Assembly (NCBI GenBank): GCA_045106775.1
Contig: JBGCFE010000041.1
Span: forward strand, 9,948 to 73,947
DNA length: 64,000 nucleotides
DNA from: Halioglobus sp.
GTDB lineage: Bacteria > Pseudomonadota > Gammaproteobacteria > Pseudomonadales > Halieaceae
Reading direction: 5' to 3'
Of the stretch, positions 51,443 through 60,207 are shown piece by piece (the stretch's first letter is position 1; each line of letters starts with the position of its first letter). Under the pieces are notes generated by a model. That model made no database searches. It had not been told where the DNA came from and worked only from the letters and a program-made list of their open reading frames with translations. Made by a program: the position numbers and the translations under genes.

Positions 51443-52066
51443 TCATGAGGCCAATCTTAGCCGGATTTCTTCCAGTTGCGGCGCCAGTTCCTGTCTTTTC
51501 AGCTCTGGATAGCCAGAAGTTGCTCCCGCCTTAACGGTTTGCCATGCGCGCTCATGCCGCAGTAGCCCGCTGGCCGTGTAGTCCACCAGTTGCTCAAGGC
51601 GTGTTGCCAGGTCATCACCGATCAGGTGGTGGACGATGATATTCGCTTCAGTCATATCAAATGGCAGTAGCGGGCGCTGCAGGTGTTTGATATGGCTATC
51701 ATTCACCTCTTCTAGCAGCCTATGGGCCAGAAAAGCCTCATCTAATAGAGCTTCGAGGCCTTCGCTTTTTCCTACTTCATCGGGCGGCTGTAGGAAATAG
51801 TCCTCTGCAAGGCGAATAAACGGCGCGGCATATTCGAAGAAACCCTGCCGCTTGCTGACCGCTGTAACGAGCCGTAAGCAGCTGGGCACGCTGCGGATAT
51901 AGCGAGTCACGAAGCGCACGAGTGCGGCAACGGGGGCATCGGCTGGCAGAACCAGCGCTGATTCGAGCTCAGGGAGCCGCTGTCTGAGCACCGTATTGAG
52001 GCGGCCGTGCTTCGACTCTTGCTCTACAGCGATTTCGATAAGCTCGCGGATCAGAGGTTGATTCAT
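51443..52066 (-). CDS. Conserved hypothetical protein divergent from the cox cluster
   Basis: 207-aa ORF filling the gap, with normal composition; no motif recognised. Confidence 0.75.
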   Translation of the reverse strand: MNQPLIRELIEIAVEQESKHGRLNTVLRQRLPELESALVLPADAPVAALVRFVTRYIRSVPSCLRLVTAVSKRQGFFEYAAPFIRLAEDYFLQPPDEVGKSEGLEALLDEAFLAHRLLEEVNDSHIKHLQRPLLPFDMTEANIIVHHLIGDDLATRLEQLVDYTASGLLRHERAWQTVKAGATSGYPELKRQELAPQLEEIRLRLAS

Positions 52067-52505
52067 AAAGGCGCGCAGTGCATTTGTAGTAAAGGTCGGA
52101 TTGAGGCTAGTACAGAATAGTCAAATTACTACCCGGTGGAGCCGCGAACTTGCCCCATCCTGGGGAGTGCAGCAGCATAAAATGCGCGTGGTTCGAAACT
52201 TTGTTAAAACCCCACAAAGGGTGCATCTATGTATGATTTTGGTGAGCAGTTCCGCTATAATTCGCGCGCTCCCCGACACCCTTTGGGGTACAGGAGCGAG
52301 GAACACAAATCAGCTGGCAAACCTAACCAGTCAAAAGCCCTGGCCAAGAGCCGTAATAAAGGGATACCTCTGGCGACATATCAATACGCACTGGGCAGTC
52401 CTCAAATGATCGTTTCTACGCAAACCGTGCGTGAACGTAAACAGTGGGCGACACAGGTCGGGTTGGCAGCTTTGAACACAGAATTTATAGAATGGAGACA
52501 CGGGG

Positions 52506-53660
52506 ATGGATTTTAAAGCGAAGCAGCTGAGCACGCTCGCGCTTAGTCCTGTGCTGATGTTGATGAGCGCTGCAACGATGGCGGCTGCCACCGTCGACAG
52601 CGAGATCAGTTCGGTCAACATGCCGATTGGCGTGACGGATATCGGCAAAGAAATTTATGATCTGCATATGCTGATCTTTTGGATATGCACCGTTATCGGC
52701 GTGATTGTTTTTGGAGTCATGTTTTACTCCATCTTCTATCACCGCAAATCGCGCGGTGTGACACCGGCTACTTTTCATGAGAGCACCAAGGTAGAAATCG
52801 CCTGGACGATAATCCCCTTTTTCATTCTGGTGGGCATGGCGTTCCCTGCTACCTCAACGTTGTTGAAAATTTATGACACTGACGATGCTGAATTAGACGT
52901 ATTGGTCACCGGTTATCAGTGGAAGTGGAAGTATGAGTACCTGAATGAAACTGGCGAAAATGTCAGCTTTTTCAGCAACTTAAGAACACCGCAAAGCGAA
53001 ATCTACAATAGCGAGTCAAAGGGCGAACACTACTTACTTGAAGTGGACGAGCCGCTGGTACTGCCCGTAGATACCAAGGTGCGTTTCCTGGTGACAGCAA
53101 ACGATGTGATTCACTCCTGGTGGGTACCGCAGCTTGCCGTTAAGCGTGATGCGATTCCCGGGTTCATCAATGAAACCTGGACCAAAACCAGCCAGGTGGG
53201 TGTCTACCGCGGCCAGTGTGCCGAGCTATGCGGTAAAGACCACGGCTTTATGCCCATCGTTGTTAACGTGGTGAGCAAAGAAGATTACGCTGCGTGGCTT
53301 GTGCAGAAGCAGGGCGAAGCCGCTCAGATCAAAGAGCTAATGGCGCAGAGCTTCTCGCTCGATCAGCAGATGGAGCGTGGCAAAGCGGTTTACGATCGCA
53401 ACTGCCTTGCCTGCCACGGTGCGAACGGTGAAGGCGGCGTGGGTACAGCCATTGCAGGTAGCGCGATTGCCACAGGCAATCTGAAAGAGCATTTGGACAT
53501 TGGTGTTAACGGCGTACCAGGCACTGCAATGCAGGCATTTGGCGGCCAGTTGAATGATGTCGATATGGCGGCGGTGATCACGTATCAGCGCAACGCATTT
53601 GGCAACAATATGGGCGACACTGTTCAGCCCATAGATGTCTTCAACTACAAGAAAGGCTAA
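52506..53660 (+). CDS. coxB: Cytochrome c oxidase subunit II with C-terminal cytochrome c domain
   Basis: GYQWKW; CuA ligands HSWWVP and CAELCGKDHGFM; heme c motif CLACH. Confidence 0.96.
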   Translation: MDFKAKQLSTLALSPVLMLMSAATMAAATVDSEISSVNMPIGVTDIGKEIYDLHMLIFWICTVIGVIVFGVMFYSIFYHRKSRGVTPATFHESTKVEIAWTIIPFFILVGMAFPATSTLLKIYDTDDAELDVLVTGYQWKWKYEYLNETGENVSFFSNLRTPQSEIYNSESKGEHYLLEVDEPLVLPVDTKVRFLVTANDVIHSWWVPQLAVKRDAIPGFINETWTKTSQVGVYRGQCAELCGKDHGFMPIVVNVVSKEDYAAWLVQKQGEAAQIKELMAQSFSLDQQMERGKAVYDRNCLACHGANGEGGVGTAIAGSAIATGNLKEHLDIGVNGVPGTAMQAFGGQLNDVDMAAVITYQRNAFGNNMGDTVQPIDVFNYKKG

Positions 53661-53675
53661 TCGGAGGAGTTAACG

Positions 53676-55238
53676 ATGGGCGATCATCATCACGGTCCCG
53701 CAACGGGCCTGAGCCGGTGGCTTTTTACCACCAACCATAAAGACATTGGCACCATGTACCTCTGGTTCTCGTTTGCCATGTTCATTCTCGGCGGTTCGTT
53801 CGCCATGATCATTCGCGCCGAGCTGTTCCAGCCCGGCATGCAACTGATAGAACCTGCTTTTTTCAACCAGATGACGACGCTGCACGGCCTCATCATGGTC
53901 TTTGGGGCAATCATGCCCTCCTTCGTGGGCTTGGCTAACTGGCTAATCCCCATGATGATTGGCGCGCCTGATATGGCGCTACCACGCATGAACAACTGGA
54001 GCTTCTGGATTTTGCCACCGGCTTTCCTATTGCTCGCTTCTACATTGTTCATGGAAGGCGGCGCTCCCGCAGCGGGTTGGACGTTCTACGCTCCACTCTC
54101 TACGACCTATGCAGCACCTTCTGTTACCTACTTTATCTTCTCTATCCACGTGTTGGGTCTGTCATCCATTATGGGTTCGATCAACATCATCGCTACTGTG
54201 ATGAATATGCGCGCTCCGGGTATGACATACATGAAGATGCCGCTGTTCGTATGGACATGGCTGATCACGGCATTCTTGCTCGTTGCGGTTATGCCTGTGT
54301 TAGCCGGCGCTGTAACGATGATGCTGATGGACGTGCACTTTGGCACCAGCTTCTTCTCTGCGGCAGGTGGTGGTGACCCAGTATTGTTCCAGCACATCTT
54401 CTGGTTCTTCGGGCACCCTGAGGTTTACATCATCATTTTGCCGGCCTTCGGTGTGGTGAGCCAGATCATTCCAGCGTTTTCTCGCAAGCCTTTGTTTGGC
54501 TACGACTCAATGGTGTATGCAACCGCTGCTATTGCGTTCCTGTCGTTCATTGTTTGGGCACACCACATGTACACCGTGGGTATGCCTGTCGCGGGTGAGC
54601 TGTTCTTTATGTACGCAACGATGTTGATTGCCGTGCCTACCGGTGTGAAGGTTTTCAACTGGATCAGCACAATGTGGCGTGGTTCCCTGACGTTTGAGAC
54701 CCCAATGCTGTTTAGCATTGGCTTCCTGGTACTGTTCACCATTGGTGGCTTTACCGGTCTCATGCTCTCCATCGCACCAGCGGATTTCCAGTATCACGAT
54801 TCTTATTTCGTTGTGGCTCACTTTCATTATGTGATGGTGGCCGGAGCTGTATTTTCCATGACAGCGGCTATCTACTACTGGCTGCCTAAGTGGTGCGGCA
54901 AGATGTACAACGAAACCATGGGTAAGACCCATTTCTGGATCTCCTTCATTGGTTTCAACGTAGCCTTCTTCCCTCAGCACTTTGTGGGCCTTGCAGGCAT
55001 GCCGCGTCGTATTCCCGACTACGCGCTGCAGTTTACTGACTTCAATATGATGTCCAGTATCGGCGCTTTCGTTTACGGCGCTTCGCAGATACTGTTCCTT
55101 TATAACGTTATCGCCACAATCGTTTCTGGTAAGCCGGTTAGCGATGAAAAAGTGTGGGAAGGTGCAGAAGGGCTTGAGTGGAGTATTCCCACACCAGCGC
55201 CCTATCACACCTTTGAAACACCACCTTTGGTTAAGTAA
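53676..55238 (+). CDS. coxA: Cytochrome c oxidase subunit I, A1 type
   Basis: NHKDIG; WFFGHPEVY; WAHH; HFHY. Confidence 0.98.
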   Translation: MGDHHHGPATGLSRWLFTTNHKDIGTMYLWFSFAMFILGGSFAMIIRAELFQPGMQLIEPAFFNQMTTLHGLIMVFGAIMPSFVGLANWLIPMMIGAPDMALPRMNNWSFWILPPAFLLLASTLFMEGGAPAAGWTFYAPLSTTYAAPSVTYFIFSIHVLGLSSIMGSINIIATVMNMRAPGMTYMKMPLFVWTWLITAFLLVAVMPVLAGAVTMMLMDVHFGTSFFSAAGGGDPVLFQHIFWFFGHPEVYIIILPAFGVVSQIIPAFSRKPLFGYDSMVYATAAIAFLSFIVWAHHMYTVGMPVAGELFFMYATMLIAVPTGVKVFNWISTMWRGSLTFETPMLFSIGFLVLFTIGGFTGLMLSIAPADFQYHDSYFVVAHFHYVMVAGAVFSMTAAIYYWLPKWCGKMYNETMGKTHFWISFIGFNVAFFPQHFVGLAGMPRRIPDYALQFTDFNMMSSIGAFVYGASQILFLYNVIATIVSGKPVSDEKVWEGAEGLEWSIPTPAPYHTFETPPLVK

Positions 55239-55252
55239 CGCGTTAGATAGAA

Positions 55253-55813
55253 ATGCTGAAACTGAGTCAAAATCCTTCCATCGATACTGCGGCCAAATTG
55301 GTCGTAGTAGCGATTGGCATGTTTGCTTTTGTTTTCGTTGTTATGGTGCCGCTTTACAACGTGCTGTGTGATGCGTTGGGTATCAATGGCAAGACCAGCA
55401 CGCAGGCCTACACTGCTGTACCCGCAGCCGTGGATGAAAGCCGCGAGATTAAGATTCAGTTTGTTGCTACCAACAATGACGGCATGCCGTGGGAGTTTGG
55501 GCCCAGCACAAACTTTATGAAAGTGAATCCAGGCGCAGTGAATGACACTGTGTTTTTGGCTAGAAATCCGTTGGCACACCCTATGGTGGCGCAGGCGATT
55601 CCAAGTGTTTCACCTTCGCGTGCTGCAGAGTATTTTCATAAGACAGAGTGTTTTTGTTTCAACCAGCAGCCCTTGGATGCCCTTGCGTCTACTGAGATGC
55701 CGTTGCAGTTTATTGTTGATCAAGACCTGCCAAAAGACATTAAAGTCATCACGCTGTCCTATACCATTTTTGATGTAACAGATTCTGCGAGCGGCCCCGT
55801 AGCCGCACGCTAA
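55253..55813 (+). CDS. ctaG: Cytochrome c oxidase assembly protein CtaG/Cox11
   Basis: YNVLCDALGING; KTECFCF copper motif. Confidence 0.94.
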   Translation: MLKLSQNPSIDTAAKLVVVAIGMFAFVFVVMVPLYNVLCDALGINGKTSTQAYTAVPAAVDESREIKIQFVATNNDGMPWEFGPSTNFMKVNPGAVNDTVFLARNPLAHPMVAQAIPSVSPSRAAEYFHKTECFCFNQQPLDALASTEMPLQFIVDQDLPKDIKVITLSYTIFDVTDSASGPVAAR

Positions 55814-55828
55814 AAACGGAGAGACCAC

Positions 55829-56797
55829 ATGAGTACCACCACAGAGTACGAAAAGTATTACGTACCAGAAAAAAGCCGGTTGGCTATCTGCGCCACCATT
55901 GGTCTGATGCTGAGCATTTACGGTGCCGCCAGCATTATGAACGATATGACCTTTGGTGACCCTAACGAGCCCACCAGTTCCTGGACGGTCTTTATGGTCG
56001 GCCTGTTTTTCTTTGTGGCCACACTGTTCAGCTGGTTTCGTATCACGATTCGCGAGAACATCGCGGGCATGAACAGCGCCCAGCTGAAGAAGTCGTATGT
56101 GTTGGGGATGTTCTGGTTCATTTTCTCTGAAGTGATGTTCTTCTTTGCCTTCTTCGGTGCACTCTTCTATGTCCGTAATCTCGTCGGCCCCTGGCTAGCG
56201 GGTGAAGGCGACGCAGGGCGCATGAATGGGTTGCTCTGGGAAGGGTTTGAGTACACCTGGCCGATGATGCAAACCCCTCAGGAAGCGGTAGGCGGTGCAG
56301 CAGTGCAGCCTATAGCCAATAACGGTGGGTTCACAAGCGCAGAAACAAGCATGTCTTTTGGTGACGCTTCTGCATGGTACAAGTGGCTGCCGATGTGGAA
56401 CACTTTGGTGCTGCTGACTTCCAGTGTGACTTGTCATATTGCGCACACCGGTATCCTGGCTGGCGACCGCAAGAAGTTTAATATCTGGCTGGGTATTACC
56501 GTAGCTCTGGGTGTTCTTTTCGTATTTTTGCAGGCGTTTGAATACTACGAAGCTTACGCACACTTTGGCCTGACACTGAACTCGGGAATCTATGGCTCAA
56601 CGTTCTTCATGTTGACGGGTTTCCACGGTTTCCACGTGTTCATGGGTATGACGATGTTGGCGATCCAGCTACTTCGCTCAGTAATAGGTAAGCAGTTTAC
56701 TGCCGAAGACCACTTCGGCTTTGAGGCCTCCAGCTGGTATTGGCACTTTGTTGACGTGGTTTGGGTCTTCCTGTTCCTGTTCGTTTACATCATCTAG
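55829..56797 (+). CDS. coxC: Cytochrome c oxidase subunit III
   Basis: WFIFSEVMFF; TGFHGFHV; FEASSWYWHFVDVVW. Confidence 0.96.
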   Translation: MSTTTEYEKYYVPEKSRLAICATIGLMLSIYGAASIMNDMTFGDPNEPTSSWTVFMVGLFFFVATLFSWFRITIRENIAGMNSAQLKKSYVLGMFWFIFSEVMFFFAFFGALFYVRNLVGPWLAGEGDAGRMNGLLWEGFEYTWPMMQTPQEAVGGAAVQPIANNGGFTSAETSMSFGDASAWYKWLPMWNTLVLLTSSVTCHIAHTGILAGDRKKFNIWLGITVALGVLFVFLQAFEYYEAYAHFGLTLNSGIYGSTFFMLTGFHGFHVFMGMTMLAIQLLRSVIGKQFTAEDHFGFEASSWYWHFVDVVWVFLFLFVYII

Positions 56798-56799
56798 CG

Positions 56800-57054
56800 T
56801 TACTCGGATGATGTGTTGGGGGCCTGCTCTGAAGCGGGCCCTCTATCCCACGGGGTTCCGTGGCCAAGCTGTCCAGTGCTTACACCGTAAACAATCAAAC
56901 CCATAAGCGTTACCGCCAGCGTGACGCGAACACCCAGTGAGTTTAGCGTTCGACGCTTTGTTTTATCCCCCTGGTCAACCATCAGGTAGTAAAATCCGCT
57001 CCCAAGGCTGGCCACCAGTGCCACCATGAGGAGTACAATAGCTGTCTTCAACAC
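56800..57054 (-). CDS. Twin-transmembrane small protein (DUF2909 / HIG1-like)
   Basis: Two TM helices, LASLGSGFYYL..RTLNSLGVRV; GTG start at 57054 after a GGAG RBS. Confidence 0.82.
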   Translation of the reverse strand: MLKTAIVLLMVALVASLGSGFYYLMVDQGDKTKRRTLNSLGVRVTLAVTLMGLIVYGVSTGQLGHGTPWDRGPASEQAPNTSSE

Positions 57055-57121
57055 TTGCTCTCTCCTTAAATTAACGCACGCAGTATAAACGAGCTGCGCT
57101 TGTTTGCCTCGGAGTAAAATC

Positions 57122-57898
57122 ATGTCGGATAGCCGATCCGATTTCCGCTTTAATCCAGAATGGCGAATTACCCTGTTTACCGTGTTGATGCTTCCAGCAC
57201 TATGCGGCCTGGGTGTGTGGCAGTTGCAGCGTGCCGATGAAAAAGCAGCGTTAGCGCTCGCATTTGCTCAGCAGCAGAGTATGCCCCCTGCCCCACTCGC
57301 CGAGTTACAGGGCAAGCCAGATAAAGAGCTTGCCTATCGCCCTGCGCTCCTCAACGGAGAGTATGTTGAAGGTGCGTATTTTTTACTGGATAACCGTACG
57401 CGCAATGGCCGCTTTGGCTATGAGGTGTTACATATTGTTCGAACTAACGATGGCGCCGCGGCGCTGGTCAATCGCGGGTGGGTGCGCGGGGATGCATCGC
57501 GACAGTCATTGCCTGCGCTAGAGCCGCTTTCGGGTCGGTTTGAGATGACGGGCCATGTGTACGTCGCCCCGGGCAAACCTTACTTGCTCGCGCCTCAGGT
57601 GCTCACTGATGGCTGGCCAAAGCGTATTCAGGCGGTAGAGATGGCGCTTTTAGCGCCTGCCGTGCAAGATACCGTGGATGCGACGGTATTCCCCTACCCT
57701 ATTCGCCTGGACGCAAATCAGCCAGGGGCGCTGGACATTGACTGGCAATTCATTAATGTGAGCCCCGCAAAGCACACCGGTTACGCTGTGCAGTGGTTTT
57801 CGATGGCGGCTGTGCTGGCGCTAGTCTACCTTTTCCAAGCTAGTAACCTGTGGCAGATGTTACGCGGTAAACAAGAAAACGGAGCAAGTGATGAGTGA
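57122..57898 (+). CDS. SURF1 family oxidase assembly protein
   Basis: LGVWQLQRADEK; LVNRGWV; HTGYAVQWF. Confidence 0.93.
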   Translation: MSDSRSDFRFNPEWRITLFTVLMLPALCGLGVWQLQRADEKAALALAFAQQQSMPPAPLAELQGKPDKELAYRPALLNGEYVEGAYFLLDNRTRNGRFGYEVLHIVRTNDGAAALVNRGWVRGDASRQSLPALEPLSGRFEMTGHVYVAPGKPYLLAPQVLTDGWPKRIQAVEMALLAPAVQDTVDATVFPYPIRLDANQPGALDIDWQFINVSPAKHTGYAVQWFSMAAVLALVYLFQASNLWQMLRGKQENGASDE

Positions 57899-58574
57899 CT
57901 CTTCATCCGATCCAGCCGGCCGCCCCGGCTCTGGTCGCATGGTACTGCTGCTAATTGGCGGGGTGCCGGTAACGATCGTATTGGCTGCCACCTGGCTGTG
58001 GTATTTCGGTACTAGCGGAAACTTCGATGTTGTAGGCGCACTGGGTACCGGCAATAGAGGGCAGCTTGTACAGCCGCCCCGACAAATGGATGAGTACACC
58101 TTAAGCGAAAATGGTACACCGGCCACGCGTATAACGTGGTCGGAGCTGGAACCGCGCTGGACCATGTTGGTGCCTAACTCTGGAGCAGGCTGCGAGAAAG
58201 CGTGCGAGAAAAGCCTCTACTTAACCCGTCAAATCCACACAGCGATGGGCAAAGAGTTTAACCGTCTTCGGCGGATTTATGTTGGCACTGTGGCAGCTGA
58301 AAATGCGCAATTACAGGTGGCGATGCTGGAAGATGGCCGCCCTGCCCCAGCGGCGACTTTCGCTCAGTTTCTAGCCGGTGAACACCGCGGATTAAAAGCG
58401 CTGGTGGTTAAGTCGTCCGACTTTGCCGTTTTATACCCAGAGCTCGTTGCTAACCCGTCAACCTGGTACCTAGTAGACCCTCGGGGCTGGGTGATGATGG
58501 CCTACAACAGCGATATCCCGTATAAAGATGTGATTTCTGACCTTAAATTCCTGCTTAAAAACTCGAGCGGCTGA
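57888..58574 (+). CDS. Membrane-anchored cox-cluster protein with a CxxxC motif
   Basis: N-terminal TM; GCEKAC; [11 protein letters not shown]; position matches conserved cox-cluster genes. Confidence 0.75.
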   Translation: MMSDSSSDPAGRPGSGRMVLLLIGGVPVTIVLAATWLWYFGTSGNFDVVGALGTGNRGQLVQPPRQMDEYTLSENGTPATRITWSELEPRWTMLVPNSGAGCEKACEKSLYLTRQIHTAMGKEFNRLRRIYVGTVAAENAQLQVAMLEDGRPAPAATFAQFLAGEHRGLKALVVKSSDFAVLYPELVANPSTWYLVDPRGWVMMAYNSDIPYKDVISDLKFLLKNSSG

Positions 58575-58581
58575 AAAACGT

Positions 58582-59481
58582 ATGTCTACAACAGTACAGG
58601 CAGAGGCAGCCACTTGGCGTGATTACAAAGAGCTGACCAAGCCCAATGTCGTATTGCTCATGATCCTTACATCGGTGATTGGTATGTTCATGGCGGTACC
58701 GGGTATGGTGCCGCTGGATGTATTGATTCTTGGCAACCTCGGTATAGCCCTCTGTGCCGGAGCGGCGGCTGCCGTGAATCATTTGGTCGACCAGAGTGTT
58801 GATCAAAAAATGGCGCGAACGCATAGCCGGCCGATAGCGCAAGGTAGAGTCAGTACGTTACAGGCTTCGGTGTTTGCTCTGGTTATTGGTGGTTTGGGAA
58901 TGTTTATTCTGCTGGTGTGGGTTAACGCCCTCACGGCGTGGCTGACACTGGCTTCTTTGATCGGATATGCCTTTATTTATACGCTATTTCTCAAACGGGC
59001 GACGCCACAGAACATTGTGATTGGCGGTTTAGCCGGCGCCGCGCCCCCCTTGTTGGGCTGGACAGCTGTGACGGGAGAAATACACGGCCACGCCCTACTC
59101 CTTGTCCTCATTATTTTTGCTTGGACTCCGCCACATTTTTGGGCGCTTGCGATTGCACGGCGTGAAGAATACGCGGCTGTAGAAATTCCCATGTTGCCGG
59201 TGACCCACGGCGTCGCGTTTACCAAGCTGCATATATTGCTGTACACCATCATTATGTTTCTCATTACCCTACTGCCCTTTGCTACCCGTATGAGCGGCCC
59301 GCTGTATTTGGCTGGCGCTGTTGTGTTGGGCATTGGCTTTCTGTATTGGGCGATTGAATTACTACGCGACAAAAACCCCAACGCGCCTATGTCTACATTC
59401 AAGTACTCCATTACGTACCTAATGGTGTTGTTCGTTGTGATGTTGGTAGATCACTATATTTTTCCGGTGGCCACGCTATGA
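58582..59481 (+). CDS. cyoE: Heme O synthase (protoheme IX farnesyltransferase)
   Basis: ELTKP; [11 protein letters not shown]; [13 protein letters not shown]; [10 protein letters not shown]. Confidence 0.96.
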   Translation: MSTTVQAEAATWRDYKELTKPNVVLLMILTSVIGMFMAVPGMVPLDVLILGNLGIALCAGAAAAVNHLVDQSVDQKMARTHSRPIAQGRVSTLQASVFALVIGGLGMFILLVWVNALTAWLTLASLIGYAFIYTLFLKRATPQNIVIGGLAGAAPPLLGWTAVTGEIHGHALLLVLIIFAWTPPHFWALAIARREEYAAVEIPMLPVTHGVAFTKLHILLYTIIMFLITLLPFATRMSGPLYLAGAVVLGIGFLYWAIELLRDKNPNAPMSTFKYSITYLMVLFVVMLVDHYIFPVATL

Positions 59482-60125
59482 GCCAAGCACGCAATATCAA
59501 ACTCACCGTAGCTGCGGTGCTTATTTTTATAACCTTCATCGTGGCGGGCTTTGTGCACCGGATATCATTGCCGAGAATGATGACCGAAGCCGATATGAAG
59601 GCGAACGGACTTTACCTGCATCAAACACCACGCGACATTGGTGATTTCGCGCTGCTAGATCACCACGGAAAACCCTTCACACCCGAGCGCCTTGAGGGGC
59701 AGTGGAGTCTCTTATTTTTTGGCTTCACATTCTGTCCCGATATTTGCCCAACAACGATGGCTTTCCTGAATAGTTTTGCCGCCAGCCTGGAGGGTACCGA
59801 GGCTCAAGATACACAAATCATCATGGTTTCAGTTGACCCTGCACGCGATACAGTCGAGCAGCTGGCGATTTACGTGCCTTACTTTAATCCCGAATTTACC
59901 GGTGTCACGGGAGAATTCCTGGATATCCACCGCTTTGCCACAGCGCTGAATACGCCTTTTCGGAAAGTGCCCGGGCAGGGCGAGGACTACCAAGTAGACC
60001 ATAGTGCCAATATAGTACTAATAAACCCCAAGGGCGACTATCACGGCTTTTTTAAGGCTCCTCTAGATCTGGCGAAAATGAAGGTCACCTATCGATCGGC
60101 GATTGCTTGGTGGGATAGGCAGTAA
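59478..60125 (+). CDS. SCO1/SenC copper chaperone
   Basis: [12 protein letters not shown]; DPARDT; VDHS. Confidence 0.93.
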   Translation: MSQARNIKLTVAAVLIFITFIVAGFVHRISLPRMMTEADMKANGLYLHQTPRDIGDFALLDHHGKPFTPERLEGQWSLLFFGFTFCPDICPTTMAFLNSFAASLEGTEAQDTQIIMVSVDPARDTVEQLAIYVPYFNPEFTGVTGEFLDIHRFATALNTPFRKVPGQGEDYQVDHSANIVLINPKGDYHGFFKAPLDLAKMKVTYRSAIAWWDRQ

Positions 60126-60207
60126 ATGCAATGGTTTTGTTGCTTGTAAGCGCTTACAAACAGATACTTTATCCTCGGTCCTTGGGTCCGCTCTAGCGAG
60201 TTCTATT

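Noticed and set aside
52101-52516. ORFs of 102 and 95 aa in the cox upstream region
   Set aside because: No RBS or motif support, and they overlap promoter and leader features; probably non-coding.
54507-55208. Long antisense ORFs (233 aa opposite coxA; also 470-1036, 32543-33118, 17792-18307, 6757-7239)
   Set aside because: Shadow frames of conserved genes with no recognisable motifs.
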